From assembly GCA_964480775.1 (NCBI GenBank), contig CAYZRF010000013.1, positions 1 to 32,000 of the forward strand: a stretch of DNA of 32,000 bases. Reading direction: 5' to 3'. The notes under the pieces are model-generated. The model was not told the DNA's origin. It saw only the letters and a program-made list of their open reading frames with translations, and made no database searches. The position numbers were made by a program, and so were the translations under genes. Origin of the DNA: an uncultured Nitrososphaerota archaeon (GTDB lineage Archaea; Korarchaeota; Korarchaeia; Korarchaeales; Korarchaeaceae). Below are positions 1 through 8,600 of this stretch, piece after piece (position 1 is the stretch's first letter; each line of letters begins with the position of its first letter).

Positions 1-1338
1 AGCTTCAGACAAAATGGCGTCCACAATCCTTATTATCATCGTTGCTAAGATTAGAGGTAACAAGTTAGGAAGCATATGTCTGATGAGTATTTGACTGTCT
101 GAAGCACCTATCGCCCTAGCAGCCTCTGTAAGTGGTCTCTCTTTCAAAGAAAGGGTTTGGCTTCTCACTGTTCTAGCAGTTCCTGTCCAACCAAGTAAGG
201 ACAAGGCCAAGATTATGTTTCCTAGCCCTTTTCCAAATATGGAAACGAAGACCAGCATAAGAGGCAGGGTTGGAATTGAGATGAACACATCTGTTATGCG
301 CATAAGGATTGTGTCTATAATCCCTCCGTAAAACCCGCTGATCATTCCGATTGCCGTTCCAATGAGAACTGAAAGACCTGCAGCCGTGAAACCAACTATG
401 AGCGAGATTCTACTCCCCCAGATAACTCTGCTTAAGATATCTTGTCCGTAATGGTTCGTTCCAAGCAAATGCCTCGAGCTAGGCGGACTATTCATCTCAT
501 CTGACCACTGGTCGTATGGGTAGGGAGCTATGTATGGGGCAAATATCCCCATTAATACCATCGATAGCACCAACACCAAACCAATTTTCCCCATCCTAGA
601 TTCGCTAAACAGCAGCCATCCTCGCTCAAACTTGTCTTTATTCTCCCATAGCTTCCTCCAAACTATTGGAATTGTCACACAGAGCAACTGAAGCCAGAGT
701 ATGTGGTAGATGAAAGCAGGAGGTATGGATAAAATGCGCTTTATACCCTCATATATGTGAGGAAAACTAAAATTAAGGTGAAAACTTGCGAATTCAAGCA
801 AATAGGTTAACCAGATAACTGCTATAAGTCCTATTGATAAGCTTCTCTTTTTTTGAAAGAGCAAACCCACTATTAGGATAGTAATACCAAGAGGAGGCCA
901 AACAAGAGTTAAAGATAAGCCAACTCCAGCTAAAAAGAAAGTAAAAACGAGCAATCTTAGCTTTGCATGAAGAATCCGGAATCCCTTGAAGGTAAGTATC
1001 GCAGATGAAAAGACAATTAACCCAAGAACTAGTTTTAGAGCAAATAGAAGATTATCTTCTGCTCCTCCAACTACCAAAATCCATGTTGAAAGTTTATCTA
1101 GAAGAAGAACAGAACTTCCAGCGATTACAAGTATTATAATGTAACTGATAGCCAGTGGGGTTTTTCCTTTCATGGCTATATATATCCAAGAGACGAAGAA
1201 TGCGTTAAAGAGCAAATAAAGGGAGATCTTGGCTAGAACTGGATTTTTGATTAAGAAGATTCCAGATAACACGTCCAAAACTAAAATAATGGCAATAGCG
1301 ACCAGCTCTAATTTTGAAAATTTCAAATTAAAGGTCAT
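1..1338 (-). CDS. ABC transporter permease, OppC/DppC type, with a long N-terminal polytopic membrane extension. The C-terminus lies beyond the left edge of the window.
   Basis: This ORF is absent from the supplied track because it has no stop inside the window. My hand translation of the minus strand from the ATG at 1338 stays open to position 1. The C-terminal half reads ...MGKIGLVLVLSMVLMGIFAPYIAPYPYD...LLGTNHYGQDILSRVIWGSRISLIVGF...ITDVFISIPTLPLMLVF...LLGWTGTARTVRSQTLSLKERPLTEAARAIGASDSQILIRHMLPNLLPLI, which is the classic OppC/DppC layout with the EAA-type loop. The start lies 7 nt after the tandem TGA TGA stops of the upstream permease gene. Confidence 0.85.
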   Translation of the reverse strand, partial: MTFNLKFSKLELVAIAIILVLDVLSGIFLIKNPVLAKISLYLLFNAFFVSWIYIAMKGKTPLAISYIIILVIAGSSVLLLDKLSTWILVVGGAEDNLLFALKLVLGLIVFSSAILTFKGFRILHAKLRLLVFTFFLAGVGLSLTLVWPPLGITILIVGLLFQKKRSLSIGLIAVIWLTYLLEFASFHLNFSFPHIYEGIKRILSIPPAFIYHILWLQLLCVTIPIVWRKLWENKDKFERGWLLFSESRMGKIGLVLVLSMVLMGIFAPYIAPYPYDQWSDEMNSPPSSRHLLGTNHYGQDILSRVIWGSRISLIVGFTAAGLSVLIGTAIGMISGFYGGIIDTILMRITDVFISIPTLPLMLVFVSIFGKGLGNIILALSLLGWTGTARTVRSQTLSLKERPLTEAARAIGASDSQILIRHMLPNLLPLILATMIIRIVDAILSEA

Positions 1339-1345
1339 TTAATCA

Positions 1346-2323
1346 TCACCCGTATCTTATTCTTGGATCAAGGAAAGCATACAGTACATCAGCGATGAAA
1401 TTCGATAGTACGACAACCGTGGCATAAAGTAGAAAGATACCTTGAATAACTGGGTAATCAGCAGATAGAACCGAGTCATATGTTAGAAGTCCCAGCCCCG
1501 ACCATGAAAAGACTGTCTCTGTAATGGTGGCCCCAGATATGAGATATGTCATATTCATAGCTATGAAGGTGATCATAGGAAGCATAGCGTTTCTCATAGC
1601 GTGTTTGAAAAGAATCGTCCTATCTGAAAGACCCTTAGCTTTTGCTGCTTCCATATAGTCTTCTGTGAAAACATCTAAGACAGTATCTCTCATTATGAGG
1701 TAGAAACTTCCAACAAAAGAGAGCGCAAGCGCTAGGGTAGGGCCTATCATATGCCACAGATAGTCCATAGCGTAATCAAGAAAGTTTGCGTGGTGCTTCC
1801 CTCTAGTTATAGTCCCTGCTAAAGGTATTAGGTCCAGTTTAAAACCAAGGATGTAAAGTATGATCAGCCCTATCCATCCTATGAACATGCTGTAAGTCAC
1901 TAAGAAGAAAACTGTTGAGGACCTATCCATCAAAGACTCTCTCTTTGAGGCTGCTATTACCCCAACGATGATTCCTATTACGATGCTTATTGCTAGGGAG
2001 GATCCCATGAGAATAACAGTGTTCCTAAACCTGTGACCAAATATAGTCTTGATAACTGGTTCATTGAAGTGAGAGAAGCTTATTCCCCAGTCTCCTTCAA
2101 GCAGATTTTTTAAATAAAGAAAATATTGCTCTATTAGTGGCTTATCAAGACCAAACCTTTCTATAACTTTCTGTCTCACCATAGGGTCCATTGCTTCATG
2201 GATCAGCATAGATCTGGGATCTACTGGCATAACCCTGAATAGGAAGAAGTTGAAAGTAATGATTAAGAACCAAGTTACGAAGCTTTCAATAGCTCTTCTT
2301 GAGAGATACTGTCGCCAACCCAT
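1346..2323 (-). CDS. ABC transporter permease, OppB/DppB type
   Basis: The 325-aa ORF has N-terminal ...RRAIESFVTWFLIITFNFFLFRVMPVDP and C-terminal ...NFIADVLYAFLDPRIRY, both typical of DppB/OppB permeases. It sits directly downstream of the binding-protein gene and upstream of the OppC-type gene. Confidence 0.9.
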   Translation of the reverse strand: MGWRQYLSRRAIESFVTWFLIITFNFFLFRVMPVDPRSMLIHEAMDPMVRQKVIERFGLDKPLIEQYFLYLKNLLEGDWGISFSHFNEPVIKTIFGHRFRNTVILMGSSLAISIVIGIIVGVIAASKRESLMDRSSTVFFLVTYSMFIGWIGLIILYILGFKLDLIPLAGTITRGKHHANFLDYAMDYLWHMIGPTLALALSFVGSFYLIMRDTVLDVFTEDYMEAAKAKGLSDRTILFKHAMRNAMLPMITFIAMNMTYLISGATITETVFSWSGLGLLTYDSVLSADYPVIQGIFLLYATVVVLSNFIADVLYAFLDPRIRYG

Positions 2324-2368
2324 TTATACTTCACCTGCTTTCGCTAACAGGTAGCTAATAAACAAGAA

Positions 2369-2390
2369 CTAAAATAAAAAAATAAAAAAG
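2369..2390 (-). terminator. Oligo-T tract (minus-strand sense) between the binding-protein gene and the permease genes. Possible partial, attenuating archaeal terminator.
   Basis: The minus-strand RNA after the binding-protein stop reads ...CCCCTTCTTTTTTATTTTTTTATTTTAG. Archaeal termination commonly uses oligo-T runs. Its placement would let the binding-protein mRNA exceed the permease mRNA. Confidence 0.3.
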
Positions 2391-2405
2391 AAGGGGAGAG
2401 TTAGG

Positions 2406-4205
2406 CTATTTCTTCTTTGTTAAGACGAATCCTACGCCTATACCCACTATTAGGGCTACTACTGCCAGTCCTCCGACTAAAGCCCAGTTTACCCCAGGAG
2501 CTGGAGCAGGTGTCGTAGCTGGGGTTGGTGTTGGTGTTTCTGTTGCAGCTGGCATCATCTCAGCATTGTAGATGTATAGCATCGTAAGCCTGTTGTAGGA
2601 GGTGAATGGTCCACCAGGCAGCAAGGTGTAGTTGACCCATTCCTTCCTGATCGCGTGCGTATCATCGCTTAAGAAGAGAGGTATGTAAGGTATTAGTTCA
2701 GTAGCTAATACTTGTACTTTTTCTGCTGCCCTCTTTCTATCTTCTAAGCTGGTCGCTTTCATAAACTCGTCTAGGGCGCTGTCCATTTCCTCGCTATGCA
2801 ACCCATAGCAGTTATCTCCCCAGTCAATGTCGTTAACGGAGTGCATTCTGTACCAAACATGGTCTGGAACGGGGCCGAAGCCATGACTCATCTCATACAT
2901 CCTATAGTTTCTTGGTAACGCATATAGAGCTGGATACATAACTGCATCGTCTGTTATAGCAACTTCTACCTCTATGCCTATTTTCTTGAGTTCTTGGGCA
3001 ATGGCTGCTCCAGCATCGACCGAAATGTCGTCCCAGCTGAGTACCATCATGTCAAACTTGAGTTCCTTGTTCGGATCTCCTGGAAACTCTCTTATGCCAT
3101 CTCCATCAACATCAAGGTACCCTGCCTCATCAAGAATCTGGTTTGCTTTGTCAACATCGTGTTCTGGGAACCTTCCTTTTTCAGAATAGTAGAGAGGATA
3201 GAAAGCTTCTGGGATGACGCTCCAAGTCGGAGTTCCCCACCCTAGCCTGGCTATCTTAATTATCTCGTCTCTATCAATAGCGTAAGCTATAGCCCTCCTC
3301 ACTCTGACATCATCAAGCCCTGGTATTGTAAGGTTAAATCCAAGGACATAGTCCCACTGGCTGGCTACCCCTGTTATTACATCGGTTTCGGGAGCTTCGA
3401 TTACAGTATTAACATCCGTTCCCCAAAGCTCATACCGCTCAGTTGCTGCTCTTCCTTCACGCATAGCCAAGATTCTGGCTGCCTGACCTCTTATTACCTC
3501 AATCCTGAGTACATCTACGTTTGGAAGCTGATATACGTCTTTGCCCCACCAATCCTCAAACTTCTTCATGACTATGTACTCGTCTGGTACTCTCTCAACG
3601 TAATAGAATGGACCGGATCCTATGTGGGCTTGCTTGTCGTTAGGATCATCCCACCTAGCATCGTCTGCGGCATAACCGTCCCAGATGTGCTTTGGAAGTA
3701 TGTAATAGCCTCCATAGTGTTCTAGAGCAAAACCATCTGGCTCCTTGAGGTTTATTCTAACGGTATAGTCGTCCACGAGTTCTACACTCTCTATGTTCTG
3801 TAGGATGGTCCATCCACTTGCATCCTCTGGAGCATTTTTCCAATATTCAAACGTGAACTTAACATCCTCTCCAGTTAGTGGCTGCCCGTCGTGCCACTTT
3901 GCATTCTTTCTAATGTGGAAGACAACCCATTTACCATTTGGGTCGACTTCCCAAGATTCCGCAAGCCAAGGAATGGGCTTAAGTTGTTCATCATATGCGA
4001 TAAGCTCATCATAGATCTGGATCAAGAACCAGTTTGTCCTTTCGCTTCTTGGGAACAGAGGGTTCATTTCGCCTATGTCTGATGGATAGGCCATAACGAA
4101 TACCATTTCTTGATCCTGCGCGCTTGTCCTTCTGAGAAAATACGGTGCTATTGCTGTAAGAAGAATTAGAACGCATACTAGAAATTTTTTACTGAACATG
4201 TTCAT
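2406..4205 (-). CDS. ABC transporter substrate-binding protein, family 5 (Opp/Dpp/Nik type; peptide or oligosaccharide), with an N-terminal signal peptide and a C-terminal Thr/Pro linker plus membrane anchor
   Basis: The 599-aa ORF has an N-terminal hydrophobic signal (MNMFSKKFLVCVLILLTAIAPYFL). The body shows family-5 SBP features (WLAESWEV..., KWHDGQPLTGEDVKFTFE). The C-terminus is AATETPTPTPATTPAPAPGVNWALVGGLAVVALIVGIGVGFVLTKKK. Confidence 0.9.
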   Translation of the reverse strand: MNMFSKKFLVCVLILLTAIAPYFLRRTSAQDQEMVFVMAYPSDIGEMNPLFPRSERTNWFLIQIYDELIAYDEQLKPIPWLAESWEVDPNGKWVVFHIRKNAKWHDGQPLTGEDVKFTFEYWKNAPEDASGWTILQNIESVELVDDYTVRINLKEPDGFALEHYGGYYILPKHIWDGYAADDARWDDPNDKQAHIGSGPFYYVERVPDEYIVMKKFEDWWGKDVYQLPNVDVLRIEVIRGQAARILAMREGRAATERYELWGTDVNTVIEAPETDVITGVASQWDYVLGFNLTIPGLDDVRVRRAIAYAIDRDEIIKIARLGWGTPTWSVIPEAFYPLYYSEKGRFPEHDVDKANQILDEAGYLDVDGDGIREFPGDPNKELKFDMMVLSWDDISVDAGAAIAQELKKIGIEVEVAITDDAVMYPALYALPRNYRMYEMSHGFGPVPDHVWYRMHSVNDIDWGDNCYGLHSEEMDSALDEFMKATSLEDRKRAAEKVQVLATELIPYIPLFLSDDTHAIRKEWVNYTLLPGGPFTSYNRLTMLYIYNAEMMPAATETPTPTPATTPAPAPGVNWALVGGLAVVALIVGIGVGFVLTKKK

Positions 4206-4220
4206 CTACTTGACTCTGAT

Positions 4221-4240
4221 TTATTTTAAAATTTAAATTT
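4221..4240 (-). promoter_or_regulatory. TATA-like box for the ABC transporter operon
   Basis: The minus strand reads AAATTTAAATTTTAAAATAA, 16-35 nt upstream of the ATG at 4205. This spacing fits an archaeal promoter with a very short or absent 5' leader. Confidence 0.35.
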
Positions 4241-4466
4241 CTTCTTTTGTGGTCACCAGTCCCTTAGGCCATGAAAATTAGTGATAGTTTGGAGGAGAGA
4301 CAGATTATAATGGTCTAAATCGTTTTAAAAGATAAAATGCCTGAATTCCTGTGTTGCAAGGAGATCAAGGCCTATTGAATGTCAAAAACTCAAATCAAGC
4401 AATTACTGCCATCCTACTCTATAGAACATACTATTTTTCTTTGGAATTGCTCACCTTAGAACTTTG

Positions 4467-5555
4467 TTAAGGTGATTTAATGGAGTTTAGTAGTTTAACC
4501 ACCTCTTCAGTAGGCAGAGCATCTACAACATGGTTATCTCTACCAATCATAGTCTCAGCAGTGAATAGGGAATCTATTATGGCTTCTTCCGTTGCCTCGG
4601 CTGCAGCAGCAAAGAGAGGATTTAACGAAGCGTCCTTTAGAACCTCCATCTTAAATTTTTCTTTACCGTAATGTGGTATAGTGTAGTTTATAGAAAATGC
4701 GATTACTATATCCCCGCTCCCGTTGTATGACCTACCTCCAGTTCGAGCAAGGCCAATTATTGCTCTCTTAGCTAGTCTTTTTAGTTGCCTGTAAAGAAGA
4801 GGAGCGTCTGTGGCAAGCAACATGATTATTGAGCCTTTGACCTTCCTAAGCTTCCTGTGACCATAGTTCTTCAGTATAAGACCCACTCGGATTCCGTTAA
4901 TGGTTAAGTCTTCCCTCCTTCCGAAATTGCTTAGCACTAATGATCCAACTGTGAACTCTTCTCCTTCTACTTCAACAACTCTTGAGGATGTTCCAATGCC
5001 TCCTTTGAATTCAAAAGCAACCATGCCTGTTCCAGCCCCAACAGAACCCATTTCAAAGGTTTCTGACGCGTTTTCCAATGCTTTCATCACGTGCTCTGCA
5101 CTTACATGTCTTCCCCTGAGATCATTGAGGTAAGAGTCATTGCACTCCATCACCACAGGATTTACGGAGCCAGTAGTAACTCCTATGTCCTCGTTTTGGT
5201 CGAGCATGTACTGAACTAATGCATCGGCGGCCTTCCATGTGCAAAGAGTGCTCGTTAAAAGGATGGGAGTTTCAAGAACTCCGAATTCTTCCACTTGAAT
5301 GAGCCCTATGGACTTACCGTATCCATTCATAACAAAAGAGGCTGCCGGAACCTTTTCTTTGTAGATGTTCCTTGGATGCGGAATCACGGCAGTGACTCCA
5401 GTTCGTACTGGACCCTTTCCTGGAATGAGTTTCCCTTCTCCTCTTATAATTGTGCAGTGACCTACTTTCACATCTTTAACGTCTGAAATCGCATTTTTGT
5501 TTCCAGGAGTAATTATTCCTATCTCTAATCCAAGCTCTCTAGCTCTAGGTCTCAT
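4467..5555 (-). CDS. dmpA: DmpA/BapA-family aminopeptidase (peptidase family P1/S58; L-aminopeptidase/D-esterase type, Ntn fold)
   Basis: From the internal Met the protein reads MRPRARELGLEIGIITPGNKNAISDVKDVKVGHCTII..., the typical DmpA-family N-terminus. GSVGAGTGMVAFEFKGGIGTSS contains the self-processing/nucleophile region. The longest ORF (to 5678) adds 41 residues that do not resemble the family, so I prefer the ATG at 5555. Confidence 0.85.
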   Translation of the reverse strand: MRPRARELGLEIGIITPGNKNAISDVKDVKVGHCTIIRGEGKLIPGKGPVRTGVTAVIPHPRNIYKEKVPAASFVMNGYGKSIGLIQVEEFGVLETPILLTSTLCTWKAADALVQYMLDQNEDIGVTTGSVNPVVMECNDSYLNDLRGRHVSAEHVMKALENASETFEMGSVGAGTGMVAFEFKGGIGTSSRVVEVEGEEFTVGSLVLSNFGRREDLTINGIRVGLILKNYGHRKLRKVKGSIIMLLATDAPLLYRQLKRLAKRAIIGLARTGGRSYNGSGDIVIAFSINYTIPHYGKEKFKMEVLKDASLNPLFAAAAEATEEAIIDSLFTAETMIGRDNHVVDALPTEEVVKLLNSIKSP

Positions 5556-5689
5556 CTCATCATCCCAGATAAATAGCTGGAGGATTATTGAAAATCTTCT
5601 GCCCAAAAGGATTTGTGAACCTACTGATGCTTTAATATTCGTTTTTACACCTGAAGAAAGGAAAAGGGTCCTGATCAAGTGTAGAAAGA

Positions 5690-8600
5690 TCAGTTAAAGG
5701 CATCCAACTTAAACCTTCTCAAAAGACTGTAGTTCTTTGCCTCTTCAAGACTAGATGAGAGGCAGAAGAACAGTGGAAAGACCCTCTTTTCCTTGGGTTT
5801 AAGCCTTAGGTCAATGGTTGCTACAACATGCCCTCCAAACTCAGAGGATTCATCGGCCATTGAGACCTCAACACCCTTCCTGACAGGTGTGATCACTGTT
5901 GCATACGATTTTTTGGATGGATTGCCAGCTATGACGTATCCTCTGCTGGATAGGAGCCAAGCATAGTAAGGATTCTCTTTCCTCAGATAATCCAAAACTT
6001 CTGTAGGTACCAAGAACCGATATCCCTTTCTTTCACCACCTAACTTAAGGAAGAAGTCCAAGAGTATTATGAGCTTCCTTGAAGCCTTTGTTTCATTCTT
6101 GAACTCTGGTACGACCAAGAGAACCTTGCTCATTGGTTTAGTAAGATATGATATGCTAAATCTCAAACCCTTCAGATTTCTGTGCTCCTCCCTTTTTGGC
6201 TCAAACCATGCCTTGAGTCCAACCCATCCAGCCACCTCAGTTTTCTGTGCATACCATTCTTCTCTATGAAATGTCCAACGCCACTCATCTTTCTCTATCC
6301 AACCGTTAAGTCCAATTCCGCCCAACCACTCCCCTATCCAAGAGAAGGTAGAGATTTCAGGATAGGGAGAAAGTAAGTGCTCTACACCTTGAGCATCTGT
6401 AAGACTGTATAGGACCCCACCATACTCTGGTGAAACCCTAAACCTAAGAGATCCGTTATCTATAAGAAAAGACCTCTTTCCTCTGTCCTCTATCTCCTTT
6501 ACCTTTACTCTACCCCCCGCTCCAACAAGGATAAGTGGGAGCTCAAATTTCAACTCGGTTTCAGGCAAATTAAGGATCATATCACCCTTATAGGCTCCGG
6601 GAGGGCATTTTGGGATGATCTTAGTGGTAAATACCTTTTCCTTATCCATGGAAAAGTCCACAAATTCGAATTCATTTTTCTCCACATTCCAGCCAGCTGG
6701 AAGATTTATAGCAAGCTTTCCTCTGTATTTCCTCATCCTTGAGCTGGTGATCCTTATTTCTAACGGGGACTCTCCTTCAAACGCTATGGGATGAGTCGAG
6801 ACATTTACGAAGAACTCCTCTGTAATCTTCTTGTAAGACTCTGGCTCTACTCTGCTCATGTATATAATCCTCCAGAGCTCTCTAACAGCTTTCCAATCTC
6901 CTGGACCTACGTAAAGATAGAATGGGTCCAGCCACTTAATGGAGAAAGGATTTAATTTTACATCAAAGACGAAGTTAGCCTTACCTGCCCCGAACTCGTT
7001 TTCTTCGACCTTATCCCATAGGACCCCCAACGACACTCCCTCCTGAGGGAGTTCAAAACAAACCCATCTTTCCTCAAAATCCTCTGGGTTCTTGGGCAGA
7101 TCTCTTTCCCAGTAAGGGAAATCGCCTTCAATTGCAGGAGATCTGATTAACTTGCCTCTAATGGGTATGTTGTATACTGATCCCCAGAAGTTTGCCCAAT
7201 TCCTTGATTGCAACTTGAACTCCCTTGTAGCATCTGAATTGTTGACAAAACCATATCTTATCCTGATCAAAGGGCTTCCACCGAAGAAAGTGACCTCTTT
7301 TATCAGTTTTAGCCCCTTGTACCTGTCAGAATCTGCATTTAGGGTTATTTTATAGCCAGAAGGAACCTCCTCCACTTTATAGTCAAATGACTTAATGTCA
7401 AACTCTGAGGGCCAGAAAGGAGGCCCTATTCCCACTCTAAGAGCATAAATCATTAGCCTACCTGAGAGCCTGTCAAATACGCTCATTGTTCCGCCTTTCC
7501 TAAGGTTGAATTCTACTCTTGCGATCATGTTTTCAGCAATTAACCTGTGTTTGACTCCCTCGGTTGCAACTACGATGCCAGAAGGCTCAATAACCCTCAC
7601 ATGAAATTCCTTTGGCTTAGTTAACACCTCTTTTTTCCCTTTTCTGACTAGTGCTCTCAATATGAGTAGATATGCCCCAGTTCTTGTCCCTCTTGGCACT
7701 TTGATCCTTGCATTTAGCCCAGAGAAGCCTTTAGGATCTAATTCGCAGCTTTTCTCTGCCTCTACCTCTACATCCTCTGAGTGTGAGAGTAGAAGAGAGA
7801 TCTTTGCCTTTTCTTTTAAGAAGGACCTCAGGTTTATTGTGATCTCAGCTTCAGTTCCAGGACAGCAAGAAAAGGGCAGGGGATCTATCGTTACCTCAAT
7901 GGGTTGCTTGATTCTAACCCCGGCTGTGAGAGGTATCAAAAGGTCTCCTATAACTAGATTGCTAGATATCTTTCTGGACCTCTCGTCTTCTGGTCGTTCT
8001 TCCGCCATAACGTCTGGTTCGAAGAGAGCTTCGATGACAGCTTCTTCATGTGGAGAAACTCTAAAGGAACTCGTTGGTGGTTTTACTATCTTAATCTCAG
8101 GGTCTGGGAGGATAAACAAAGCGCACCTAATTTCTTCATCTCCTCTGTTCTCTACTCTCCACCTAATCCTTTGAGGAAATCCAGCAGGTGCCTCCTGCTC
8201 TTCAACCCAACACTCAACGGCTAACTCTGGAGTTTCAATTCCCATTATCTCTCTGGCTTCCCTGTCTATAAGGACCCGAAGCCTTTTTCCCTCAACTTCG
8301 AACAAATACGGGAAAACCTTCATCCCTCTTTCCTTGAAGTCGTCCTCCTTTTGTGTTAGCTCTCTAATAAAGCAATTGTACCACTTGGGATGTAAAATGT
8401 TGTGTTCATCAAAGAACTGAGATGCAAAAGGGTGTGTGAGAATTGCTGGTATGTAATTTTGCATGTAAACGTTAGTTTTTGGGACCCAAAAGAAACCAGT
8501 CTTCTTATAAAGGGGAACTGCGAGGAGATTTCCTCCCCAAGTGTGAAGGTCAAGTCTCTTCCTTCCAATTTTCATGGTTTCTTCGATGCTAGCTAAAAGC

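Noticed and set aside
4271-4318. A 15-codon plus-strand mini-ORF (ATGAAAATTAGTGATAGTTTGGAGGAGAGACAGATTATAATGGTCTAA) in the dmpA / binding-protein intergenic gap.
   Set aside because: It is on the opposite strand to both flanking genes, has no promoter or RBS context I can support, and is too short to distinguish from chance.
5556-5678. N-terminal extensions offered by the longest ORFs: DmpA to 5678, M20 from 22604, NamZ to 29543, creatininases to 24749 and from 24928, and the small KaiC partner to 13174.
   Set aside because: The extra residues do not resemble the respective families, several rely on TTG/GTG starts, and internal ATGs give canonical family N-termini. This rests on judgement only, and the true starts need experimental or comparative confirmation.
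7662-8174. A 170-aa plus-strand ORF inside the GNAT-giant gene. Similar antisense ORFs occur elsewhere, for example 11365..11760, 24861..25205, 30920..31297, 2994..3245, 8627..8905 and 19832..20119.
   Set aside because: All lie antisense to, or overlap, long ORFs with clear family signatures. Their translations are low-complexity and Ser/Leu/Pro-rich with no motifs. They are typical shadow ORFs of coding regions.
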